DNA of 57,540 bases from Cercozoa sp. M6MM (GCA_040357565.1 JBDODJ010000073.1); one strand, 5' to 3'; shown: positions 37,101 to 48,895, numbered from the stretch's first letter. Notes: generated by a model from the sequence alone, not told the origin. A program made the numbers and translations.

Positions 37101-37577
37101 GCTTTCTGGAACAACTCCGATAACAGATCTCCACGTGTTGTTGGTTGGGCCATCTCGAAGGATTCGAACTGCAAAGTACGAGCATCCGGCCGGTTCGAAA
37201 GGCTTAGATGCGCGGAACATTGCCCAGTGATTGTCGTGTCCCTGATGTAGTGCGAGTGTTCCGTTTTCTTGGATTTGAACTGCTTCTGTTACTTCTCGGA
37301 ACTCCCATGTCCGATACTGCTCTTGCTGAAGTTCAAGGTAAAGTCTTCGAACGTTGCGGCTTTTGTGGTGACTGACCATCGTTTGTGTCCCAAATCTTGA
37401 GTCAACATTGGAGCTTCGCTTCGAAGAGTTCCCTTGCGATTTCGGCACTGTGTCAGGCAAGAGAATGGTGTCATCTGTAAAACCTCCCGCGTTGTCCATG
37501 TTAACGTAGGGGCTCGAGCTTTGCGATTTAAAGGAAAATCTTCGGCGCAAACGCTCGCCGAGGTTCCTCAGCGACAT
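34111..37577 (-). CDS. Protein with three tandem SPRY (B30.2/RanBPM-like) domains
   Basis: SPRY motifs: YGYISGNGGK...YGEPYAKGDVIGCLV|D...IEFFKNG...FYPAVS; WGYVASGNKV...YGDSYTTGDVIGVCLDFPNKTIEFFKNG; a third, diverged copy VSIFKNS...RFYPVV. Confidence 0.8.
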
Positions 37578-38214
37578 TGGATTCGATCAGACAGAGCAAC
37601 TTGGCAACTGACAAGAAAGTGAATGCAAACCAAACACGAGATCGCTCCACTTTACTCGACAGTGTGTACCCGAGAGGTATTTAGATGATTTGTGGCCAAA
37701 CAATTTAGGGCTTTTCACGTTGCACACCATCAGGTCGTGTTTTTGAAGATCGTGCATACCCGCGGAAGTCCTGGGGGCGTTGTGAGCCCTTGCCAATGAC
37801 TCCGGAGAAACTGAAATTCGTCATGACTCGGTGGCTGCCAGGTGAGCGGTAGCTCTCTCTCTCTCTCTATCTCTCGCACATCCATCTTCTGAGTGATTGC
37901 GCGTTCAAGTTCCGAAACGTTGCACACAGTAGCATACAAAGCAGTTCGGAGAAAACGCAACTTCTCACGTGCTAAAATAAGTATCGAAAGGCCCGTGCAG
38001 ATGAACCCCCAACTAGGTCGCACAGCGTCGTGTTAGAATACGTAAACGATGCAAAGAGGCGCACTGGACAATGAAATGCAAGGTTCCCCCGTGGTAAACA
38101 AACGGAAGTCTCCTGTAGAACTCGCGTTGTTGCATCTGTTTTTTTAAAATATATTTCTAGGGCTTTCCACCTTCGGTCCCTCCTACGCCCTTCCAAACGG
38201 TTCAAGTGCCCCCA

Positions 38215-39223
38215 ATGATGTCGGCGCACTTAAACAGTCGAGGAGTCTGCGCAGCTCAACCATGCGTTGCATCTCCGTACAGCACTGCTCCATGTCCAGT
38301 AATTCCCCGCCCTCCTGCTCGTGATTCGCCGAATCGGTACGACAAATGCTCGCTGTAAAAACGTACTGTGGATGAGGTTTGATTCGAACAGCCCAGCAAA
38401 CTGCAAACGCAAATACCAGTGCCTCGCGTTACTGTTTTGCTTGCTGTTAGTGGCTTTAGGGCTAACCCTAGGCCTCGTGCTTGGACTTGATGGTGACGAC
38501 GATAGCCCGATTACGCTGACTTTGACCACTAGCCCCACTCCTACGGTACAAATTTCATTCGGCTGTTTTAAATTATTTGACGTTTGAGATAATCAATTTT
38601 ATTAGTCATTGAACCTCACTGATAGCCAACACCTACGCCAACACCCACGCCAACACCGACACCAACACCGACGCCAACACCGACGGGCACGGGGACGCCA
38701 ACTCCATCACCCACGGGCACGCCAACTCAAACTCCCTCTTTAACAACTTCTTCAACGCCTTCGTCAACGCCTTCGTCAACGGCTTCACCAACGCCTTCTT
38801 CAACAGGCTCGCCGACTCCTAGTGCAACAGCCACAAACACTGCCACCGGCACTGCCACGAGTACTGCGACCGGCACTGCTACAAAAACCACCACGCCCAC
38901 GCAGTCAGGCACTGCAACGGGAACTCCCACACCCACACAGTCAGGCACAGCTACGGGAACACCGACACCCACGTCTACGCAGTCAGTCACAGGTCACAAA
39001 ACTTGCACTCCCGCACCTTTACCTTCAAGTTAGATACAAGTGTGACAACAGGAACTTCAACGATAACAACGACGGTCACTGGGTCAGGCACAACGACAGC
39101 GACACCGTCTCAGTCTCCCTCACCGACGTCGACTGCAAGTAAGTTGTGTCTTTACATCCTTCAGTTGGGCTTGCCTTTGGTAAATTCCGTTTCGTGTAAG
39201 CAGCGCCTACACCCTTGCGCTAA
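38215..39223 (+). CDS. Type II membrane mucin-like protein with a Thr/Pro/Ser-rich stalk
   Basis: Single TM (LALLFCLLLVALGLTLGLVLGL), then (PT)n and TATG/TPTPTQSG repeats. Four GT-AG introns keep the frame. Confidence 0.65.
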
Positions 39224-39532
39224 ATGGCATGTCGCATCAACAGCTTCGACTTTGCTTCTTTCAGTGTGAAGTCGATCCCATTCCAGTCGCTCGACTTACG
39301 GGTTGCGGCCATGCTCAGGCCAGCTACAATAGTTTGATTGCTTGCCTCGTATCCTAACCGCTCAGCTAAACTGAACTAAATGAGAAGCTTAAGCGAGCTG
39401 CCTCCGTCGTTAGATTGAAGGCATCGTACGGTACATGTCGCCGGTGATGCACAGCGCAGCGACCAACACGACAGCATGCACGACAGTGAGCGAAGGAGTA
39501 TCTCGTCCGATCGTACGTGTTATGTAAATTTA

Positions 39533-39624
39533 CAGTTAGTTAGTTGAGTCTTAAATGAAACCATCTCTGTAGTTCCCCTGCACCAGTCTGAGTCACAAGA
39601 GCATGGTCGTGTCTACCGCCCGCT
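39533..39624 (-). repeat. Second, diverged copy of the retroelement 3' end
   Basis: Shares three blocks with 33770-33872: cagttagttagttgagtctt, tgtagttcccctgcaccagtctg and gagcatggYcRtgtctaccgcccgct. Confidence 0.8.
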
Positions 39625-39916
39625 GCATTCAATGTTACAGCATGATTTACTGTATCCGCGCGGAAGCCGCTTTAGGACATACAAAATAAAAATTTAGCTC
39701 AAGAGAGGTGTGGAAGATTTTGACGTGTGTTAACTGGTATCCTGCGCTGACCTCAATTTACGTTACCAAAGCCTAATCCCTATCTGAGAGGACTGCGGTA
39801 ACATCAACGAGTGCGCATGTCAACTACGTAACCTAGGCTACGCTAGCGGTACGCGACGCGACGGCCCAATCAACCGAATCCGTTCTCGTCTCGCCGCGCT
39901 GGAGCCGCTTTTCCCA

Positions 39917-41846
39917 TCATTCCGCCTTGTCGCCAGCAGCGTCAAAGAGTTGCTGGAACTCCGCATCAGAGTCGTCATCATCGATAGAAGCTGCAATCTG
40001 TGCGACGAAAACACAAGGTACACAAAAAGAGGACCCCTGTGTGCATATAAACCCAGCCACCTCAAGCGAAAAAGCGCGGCCCAAGAAGTCGGAAATGATG
40101 TCAACCGGCGACTCGAGGTGACGTAGCTGCTTGGTGCCTTCTGTCAGTGCGTGCAAGCCTTGCGTTGGCAGCGATGGCGAGTGAGCCAACTGCAAAGCAC
40201 AAGTGACACGAATGCCAAAGCAGAAAGGATCTTGAATCGTACCTCGTGAACTGCGACACGGTTGGGAGAAAGAAGTTGCGCCTCAAAGATGCCGGCGTAC
40301 TGCAGCGCACGCGTCACGAAAGCCGCAGCAGAGCTAATTGGTGCTGCACAACAATGCACGCAGGCACACGTAGAAACACCAAGTAATAGCAAGAAACGCA
40401 CCGTCAACAACAGTTTCCTGTTCGTCACCGTCTAAGCACACGAGAAGCAAACGTTGCAAGCTCAATCCACTCACGGTGCAATGGTAGAGTACCCTGGTCC
40501 ATTTCAGTCATGTGACGTGCAGACATACGCAGACGTCGCACACTGTTGCGCTCGGCGTAGGTTGGCGAAGGACTGTTCGCCTCCTCGAGCGCACGCCAGA
40601 CGATTTGAGCGTCGTCGCTGCAGAATGTCAGTGCGTAAAACAGAAAGCCAGCGGAGAGAGACAAAGTACTGGCGTTCCGTGCTGACACCGCGATTGAGCA
40701 GAAAGTTGCGCAATTCGCCGTTGGGCAGATACTGTCGGAAGAGACTGTTTTCACGCTCGTTCACTACAGCCAAACAAACATTAGTTACACATTAAAGGCA
40801 AGATGTAGACTAACGATACGCTTGTGCAACAAGTAGACGGATCGTTTTTCGTGAGGCAACGGCGACAAGTATTGTTTCAACGTTTCTTTCAAGGAAGCAC
40901 CCTCAGCAAAGGTGCCGACCAGCTCAGTGAGCTCCTTTTCCTCGGCAGACAGATCGTCGTCTTGCGACACGCCCGGCAGCGAAAATCGACCTCGGTCGTC
41001 GCAGTGTCTGGCCACAAACTCGGCCAGCTGGATAAGTCGCTCTTCGCACTCGTTCGTCAGACCCGGGAAGGACGGCACCTGAGCTCGCTCCGAGACGCCG
41101 CCTTTCCGCACAGCAGCACGCTGTCTCTCTGTCAACATGGCCATTGAACGCTCGTTGATCTGCTCGCCACTCGGCGGCTCCAGCAGCATGAGGCGCCGCA
41201 AACCGAGACCGGCCGACGTGCTACGCACCAGTCGCTCGTCCAGCGGCCGGCAGCGTACACCACCGTGCGTGCACTCGAGCAGGTAAGGCCAGTTCTCTTG
41301 TTCTGGCAGTCGGACTACAATTCCTACGGCGTCGTAGGCACGCTGTACGAGAGAAGCAATGCATTTCTTTCTCAAGCACAAAGCAAAGGCGCTGAAACAA
41401 GTGAAAGCACCTTCCAATCGACATCGCGCTGTGCGGCCTTCTGCTGCAAGGCAGTTGCAATGCCACGGGAGACCTTGAACGGCGAGAAACGCTCGCGACG
41501 GAAGAACACGAGATCGCCTGTTTGCACTTCCTTCACCAACAACGACTCCTGCGACGAGTCATCGAGCACACTGAAGCGACTCTCTTGCCAGTACTTCTCG
41601 TCAAGAGCTTTTGCACACACCAAACATGCATCAGTTCCAGCCACCGGACTTGATTTAGCGGACAACAATACTCTCACTAAGTGCGTCAAGGCCGAGGATG
41701 CCGGTAAGGAGGCCAAGCGCAGCGAACAGAGCGATTGACTGGTCACCTGCCTGCTGCGGAGAAACGCCAGCAGCGGCAGTTCTTCGACCTGACTTCTGTA
41801 TGCGCACAGCGCGTCCAAAGACCTGGCGCCTAACGCCGCCCAACAT
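39917..41846 (-). CDS. Permuted papain-like (NlpC/P60, YaeF/YiiX-type) protein, probably catalytically inactive; putative mitochondrial presequence + TM
   Basis: EVQTGDLVFF, YDAVGIVVR, PYLLECTHGGVRCRPLDERL and SSAAAFVTRALQYAGI. The N-terminus is Arg-rich and acid-free, followed by a hydrophobic helix. Confidence 0.55.
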
Positions 41847-42084
41847 TATAAGCACACACCGTTGCGCTCAGTATGATCGCTCAAGAGCGAGCGGACAAAT
41901 TGTTATCACCCGGCGTCACAGCCTTAACAAATCTAGCATGAGCAGCTTTCGATTTTTTAACATAAAAAGAGGTGCAGCAAAGCATTACTTCTGCCTTGTG
42001 ACTGGTAGAGAACCAAAAACACGTTATCGTTTGGTTGCAGATATTGCACCCACCACGACGCTGATTTTATGACGTATCGTTGGG

Positions 42085-43876
42085 ATGCGTGTTGAAGCGG
42101 ATCCTCGGGCCCGTGTGCCTTCTCTCTGGCAAGGAGTGGCCGATCGGGTAAGGTTTTCACAGTGCAGGTGTGCAGATGTAATGCAGGATGTATACGTGTA
42201 CAAATCGCTGTGCAGCCGGCTTTCAAAGTGATACGCCGAGACTGGACGAAACTGCTGCTGTTGTATGTCGCGCTGCTGTCGCTGTCGTCAGTACCTCTGT
42301 TGCTGCCTCCTCACCGTTCAACTGTCGTCTTTGTGATTTGTACTTTGTGCCATACACACAGGTGTCTGTCCTGTTTCTGGACTGTGTATGGACTGTACTG
42401 AGTTTGTCTACACGGCAGGTGTCGTTTGCATGGGTTTGGCCCCACGATTCGCGAGGTTCTTGCGTCCTGCTTTGCCGTTTCTCAAGGTATGAGCCACGAG
42501 ACATCACTACTTTCCGGTTTTGTGTCTTACGTACCTATTCCATCTAGCCTTTCTTCGATGCACCGCCGGTGATTTTGGTGGCGTCCATTGGAATACTACT
42601 TGGAGGTAGTGTAGTGTGGTATACCCTCGACTCTCACATGTATCCGTATCACTTTGAGATAGGAGTCGTGGCAACCACGGAAGGTCGGTTTCAGTTGCAC
42701 CGACTGCGAGCCATGGCGGTGCGATCAATAGCGTCACTGAGTGAGATCGATGTGGAGCAACCAGGCACGCACACTGTCAATGGTGGTATTATGTATCACT
42801 ACCGCAGTGACAGCGACAGTGCGCTCACTAGTGACGTGGCCGAGACACTGGACACTTTGGTGCGTGTCACCACCGACAGCGACGGCGACTCGGACTACTT
42901 GTACCTGTGTGTGGCTCCCTTGCGCGATACTGCGACCAAGAAGACCACCGACAGTGCTGTCACAGTGCTGTCGGTGACTTCGCATCGACGCGACTCGACT
43001 CGCTTCCAGCGCACCTGCAATGCGTAGCACTCGATCTCTCACTTGTCTCCTTGTTCAATGTGAACTGTTGTTGCTGCAGTAAACACGTTCCAAAGACGCT
43101 CAGAGAGGCCACACTCGTGCCGATCGTGCGTTTTCTTCCTTTGACCCCCTGAACCTTCACCCCCCCTCCCCCGGTAGGACATAGGCGACCCGTCGTTGCA
43201 GCCGAGTGAACTCGCTGTGGCCACACGGAGCTTTCGCCGACCGCAGTATCTGGTGAAGGTGCATGCCTATACGGTATTTTTCTCGTCTTCAATGTGCTTA
43301 GTTGCCCCCCCCCCCGCGCGTATTATGCATGTGTATGTTACAGCCAGAGGAAGTGATCGGTCACCAGTTGGTACACTTTGGTTGATGTAGCTTTTGCTTT
43401 CTTGATAAACTAACCTAGTCAATGCTTGCGGGGATAGCTTTTCATGCGACTCGGCATCGTGGCAGTGTTTGCCTGGCCGATTCCTCTGTTGTTGGCGCTC
43501 GTCGTTGCTGCCACTCGGTGCACTGTCACTCGTGTCCTAATCTGTCGGTGTTGTTTGTGCATGTGTTGCCATTGGACTGAACTCAGACTGATGAAGCCGA
43601 TCTTTGACCTGCAACGCAATGCCGCACAGCGCGCTCGCGTGGCCGAAGTACTCATCGACACACTCGGGCAGCGCAAGGACGCGCCCTGCGATGACGTTAT
43701 CGCAGAGATCCTTAGCTTCCGTACTCACATGCATCTTCACTTACCGTGCCTAAGGAAAACCTTGATCTACTCTTACTCTGGCAGTGGGCACCAACTGCGA
43801 CATTGACGATCCTGTGGAGCGAAGACGAGCCGATGCGCGACTCGTCCAGCTCGTGCGAGCTGCCAGTACATCATGA
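42085..43876 (+). CDS. Hypothetical multi-pass membrane protein
   Basis: Several hydrophobic exons (KLLLLYVALLSLSS; VILVASIGILLGGSVVW; LGIVAVFAWPIPLLLALVV). The C-terminus has an F-box-like DDVIAEILSF|L segment. Confidence 0.45.
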
Positions 43877-44192
43877 CACGACTCCTTTTACTCGACTGAC
43901 TGACTGACTGAAACCGCCAAATGTTTGGTTAAAATCGGCATTCTAACCACACGGAACCACTAAAGCGAGCAGTTTACTCCTTCGAAAACGATTCGACACG
44001 TCATTTCACCTTGCGTGCTGGCACTGTGGTCGACCTTGGGTCGATTGACTGACTAGATATACGATTGATTGACTAGATATACCGGGCTTTATCTTCCGTT
44101 TTACCGCATATTGTTGTAATTTTTGTGTAACATCCCAAGGCTCCTAAACAAGCTAGAAGAAGTAGACGAAAGGCGTGGGGGTGCGCGGTAGA

Positions 44193-45088
44193 TTAACGCG
44201 GCTTGTCCTTCTTGCCAAGGAAGAGGGCGCGAAGCGAGGTACCGGCGACCTTGACGACCTTGAAGCGGACACCCGGAATGTCACCAACGGAGTGACCCGA
44301 GCGGCCGAAACCCGACACGAGCACCTCGTCGTTGTCCGAGATGAAGTCAAGGCAACCGTCGTTCGGCACAAAGGCCTGCACAGCAACAGAACGCGAATAC
44401 AAACACATTCAACAGCGTACTTGTGCAGATGATGTGATGTTTTCGTTGTTGTTTTCCGCGTGTTACCGTGATACGCTTGCCGTTCTTCACGAGCTGCACA
44501 CGGCAGCACTTACGGATGGCAGAGTTCGGCTGCTTGGCCTCAATGCCCATGCGCTCCACAACGAAGCCCTTGGCGTGCGAGGCGCCCTCGAACGGGTCCG
44601 AGCGGAAGCGCGTGCCAGAGTGAGCCTTCTTGTACTTCTTGTTGGCCCAGCGGTTGACACGACGGATGTTCTTCAGCTTACGGGCGGCGCGAAGACCGCG
44701 CGGCTTGCTGCGCACACAAACTCACGCATCACACAGCACAAAACACGCATTATGAACACCAAAAACGCCACAACATCACAAACAGCGCAAACTCGAACTA
44801 AAAACGCCAACACACACGACAAACGCCACAAAAACGCCGCCCACGGGCCAACAACAAGCCAGCACCCCAGAACCGCCAGCAGATCATTGTGCACGTGGAG
44901 AAAACTCTCGCGGAACGGCAAGATATTCTACACTGGTGCAGCCCAATGACTGGCTGGCACTGGGGCGCTTTGCGGCTGATGCTGACACGCGGCTCGCGTC
45001 TCAGGCGGTCTCGACGGGCGATACGCGAAAAATCTCACAGAGCGCAGGGAAACAGCGCGGCGTGCAGGGTGACTTACTGGGAACCCAT
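44193..45088 (-). CDS. RPS23: 40S ribosomal protein S23 (uS12), 3 exons
   Basis: MGSH|[11 protein letters not shown]...[14 protein letters not shown]...KNGKRIT|AFVPNDGCL...[14 protein letters not shown]...KKDKPR*. Intron 1 is 44708-45077. Confidence 0.97.
44885..44975 (-). ncRNA. Candidate intronic H/ACA snoRNA in RPS23 intron 1
   Basis: Hairpin (CCCAGTG/CATTGGG), box H AGAATA (44929-44924), short hairpin (GAGA/TCTC), then ACA + 3 nt, inside an unusually long ribosomal-protein intron. Confidence 0.3.
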
Positions 45089-45687
45089 GTTTGAGAGCTC
45101 GGGAGACGAAAATCACAAAGTTCGGTATTTTTTGTTCTTTTATTGTTTCGGCGCAGTCCGTCGCTCCGCTGAGAAGACTTGTGTCCACATCAAGCATTGT
45201 AACAAGTGTGTAAGTGTGTAATGCTTAGCTATGTTAGTGTGGCTTTGTTGAATGCGCTTTAAAAGCCAGGAGTACGATCGAAGTGATTTTTGACAGCAGC
45301 TGACTTCACTCACCCGGTGATTGATTGACTTCTTCGTCTCGACAGCAAAATGTTAGATACAGCATGCTGGTGCACTGACGGCCTCGTTTGCGTTTCGAAT
45401 CAGGTAAAATGCTGTGCTGCAAGACGGCATTGAAACTACTTCTTTGTACTGTTATCTTCTACTTTTCGAAGGGTCAAACTGGCCGGGCAGTCCGAGCTTC
45501 GGTTTTGACTAAGGTTGTACTCTTAACCCTGAATAATACTCTCGACATTGATCGGAAACTGATGTAGCGATACCAGCGGCAGCACCGAGCAGTTATTATT
45601 ATTTTTTATAACAACAAAACCAGCGCTCCGGAAAGTGAGGCCCAGGCCTCATTAGCCGTTTTGCTGTGTGCAGACGCAGATCTAGTC

Positions 45688-48544
45688 ATGGGGTCGAATC
45701 TAGACTTGCTCCATGAGTGGATTAACGAGCTGCCGGAGGACAATGATGAATCGGTTCACCAAATTGTCACAAGTTTATTCGCGAATGTGTTTGGGCAAAC
45801 TGAGTGCGTTGCTGTAGGTCCGTTGGACGCCATGCGAGCCAGATGAAAAGATAGGCTTGCACCTACCATTGTAAGAATCGTTTAATGGGCTTGGAAGCAG
45901 CAAGTACAGGTGAGTCACGTGGCCACAGGGACACACTCAACAAGGTCGGCCATGGCACCTTCGGTGTTGTCATGTGCGGCAGTCTCGACGACCCCAGTGG
46001 CGTAGTTTTTACTCTTCACGCCTTCCTTTTAGCCCTACGGGCACCTTATATACCGCCTCCCGCAGAGGAAACCTGCTCAGATGGTGGCCGCCAAAGTGAT
46101 TGCGGCCACACTCGACTCGGACACCTCCGAAGGTAGTGTTTGGTCACTCAGACACGTGTGTGTGTGTGTGTGCGTGTATGTGCACGTGTGCACTGAGTGA
46201 CTGAGTGACTGACGTTGCGCAGGCATGCCAGTGACGACGGTGCGCGAGGTGGCGATTCTCAACCGTGTGCGGCACCGCAACATCGTGCGACTGCTCGGCG
46301 CCTACTGGAACTCGCCGCTGCATCCCTTCATAATGGATCCCATACAGGTACTCGTGTCCTTAAACCCATAGGACACATCAAACGGTGCATTTGGACTGAC
46401 GTCTGGACTGTACTTGCGTAGGTACTGGACCCAACGGACGAGGACGTGACGGCGCACGTGCAGCAACAACTGCGCGACCGGTCACGTGTGCACCCTGGTA
46501 GCTTTCTGTGATCGATCACACTGCTCCTTCCAGTGAAACGCGCGCTTATGTGACCGATCAGACGGTGACCAGTCACTCAAGATGACACTGCTGTTCGAGT
46601 ACTGTCAGCACGATCTCGCCGGTCTTGTAAAACGACACGGCGACAACCCGCCTTCGCGAGGTGCCTTACCTCCTACCGCCTCACCGCCTTACCCCTTACC
46701 CTACCCCTTACCCCCTTCACTCTACCCCTCTTTAGGGCCTTTGACACTGCCGCTGCGGCAACACATCGCGCGCGACATTTTGCGCGGACTGCGCCATCTG
46801 CACGAGCGCTGCCGCGTGCTGCACCGCGACATCAAAACTGCTAATGTCCTCGTTGGAAAGGGTTTCTACATCTTTACCCCTCCCCCCCCCCCCCACCCCT
46901 TTACTTCACCCCATTTCCCCTTTCCCCCATTCACCCCCTCCCCCGTATAGACGGTGTCGCCAAACTGTGCGATTTCGGTCTGGCGCGTCCGTTCAGCAAC
47001 GTCAGCTTCGTGGCCGTAGTTTACCTCATTCACAATTCACATTCACCCCACGCACACACACCTTGTTTTTCTTCGCGTTTCTGAACAGTCGAAACTGCGT
47101 TGTTTTTCGGAGATGTGCGGAGCAGGTCAGATTGACTGTGTTTGTATTTGTTGATATTTGTCTGGTGCGACTGACGTACTGATTGGTGACCTGCAGGAGA
47201 GGACACGACCCTCGCGGACAAGGAGGAGGCTCAAGAAGAGAAGGCGGAGGAGGAGAAGGAAGAGACAAAAGCAGAGACACCAATGCAGGATGACGGTGAT
47301 GATTCGGTCGACATGGACCAGGATGACAGTACCGACAGTGTTGCCGACGATGACACTGAGAACACTGGGTGTGTCCACTTGTACCTGTACAGATGTACCT
47401 ATGGTATTTGTACATATGGACAGGGGGGACAGTCCATACTATCAGCCGTGTGCTCTCAAGATGGAGGAACGACTCAGCACTGCACTGTACGAGTCCTCTC
47501 CTGACTCTCAGGTACCCTGTGTCCTCTGGGTCTCGGATGCTATACTGTACCGACTGACCCCTCTGTGTCTGAGTAGCTCAAGATGCACTCGGCGTGGAAC
47601 GAGTTGACACCGCGCGTGGTGACGCTGTGGTACCGCTCGCCAGAACTCCTGTTGCTCGGTGACGACGACGCCATCTACGACGAGCGCGCCGACATCTGGA
47701 GTTTCGGCTGCGTCATGCTCGAGATGTGGCTCGGCCGACCACCCTTTCGGGGTACGCTACCCCCACCTACCTTAACCTACCGCTATCCTACTCCTTGCCC
47801 CCACCCTACCCCCTTGATCAGGCGATGAACCAGTCGCCCAGCTAAACAAAATCATCGATCTGCTTGGCAACGACGGCATCTTCCGACACTCGCTCTATCT
47901 GTACGTCCTTCCACTCTACCTTTACTCTCCATACCTCTTGCCCCTTATCCCCTGCCTCCCTTCCGTGTGCGCAGAGGCAGGAAACTACCGTTCGATGCGA
48001 CGAAAATGCAGCCGAAAAAGAGCCGACTGCACGAGTTGTACGGCAGCAAGATCGAACCGTTGGCTCTTCAGGCACCTCCTCTTCCTCTGTCCTTCTGACA
48101 GATATCTGCATATCCCTCGTCTTTCTTAGGTGATTGAGGCTGCACTCACATTGGACCCGCACAAACGACCAACAGCCAAGGCTCTCCTGGCAATGTCGTA
48201 CTTCATGCTCATGCCCGAGCGACCGAAACTGTACACACTCCTTATTCCTGCACCTGTCTATCTATGCTGCGTGTGTGTGTATGACTAACACAGCGACATT
48301 CCGGATTCGCACGAGCACAACTTCCGACGCACGCAGGATCAAGTGCCGCACGCAGAATTGCGTTTCCGTGCATCGACTGCGTACCCATTTATACACCACA
48401 CACACACGCGCCCGCGCACTCACGCACACGCACACACACACACACACCTCTTACTTCTGCCCGTGTATGTTTAGTGGCAGCGTGAGTGGCACGACATCAA
48501 CATCATCTCAATTTCGGCCGTCGGTAGCAGTGCGGCTACAGCAA

Positions 48545-48577
<33 letters not shown>

Positions 48578-48895
48578 CATCCACACATGCAGCAAGCACC
48601 TCCACCGCACATGCATCCGCAGTACCCACCTCACCCGCCGCATGTACCAGTGCCGCAATACGGTGTTGTCAACTTGCCGTTTAGTGCATACCAGCAGCCT
48701 CACGCACACTACTCGCAGCACCCTCATGGCCAACAGTCGCACTCTCAACACCCACCACATGGTCAGCAACAACATGGTCAGTATCCGCACGATCCACAGC
48801 ACTCGCACGTTGCACCCCACGCTCCCAACCACAGCTCCTACCGCCGTCCAAATGACGCGTATTATGACTCATATCAGCGTGGGTCGTACCGATAG
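45688..48895 (+). CDS. Cyclin-dependent kinase, CDK9/CDK12/CDKC-like, with a large activation-loop insertion and a Q/H/P-rich tail
   Basis: VGHGTFGVV, VAAKVI, EGMPVTTVRE (PITAIRE-like), FEYCQHDLAGL, HRDIKTANVL, DFGLAR, TPRVVTLWYRSPELLL, DIWSFGC. Confidence 0.88.

Noticed and set aside
38626-38990. CRISPR-like or satellite array
   Set aside because: This is a coding (Pro-Thr)n repeat with synonymous variation and no repeat-spacer structure.
33770-39624. The two similar motifs as LTRs or ends of one 5.8-kb mobile element
   Set aside because: The enclosed genes are ordinary intron-containing host genes with no transposase or RT, and copy 1 has its own TSD.
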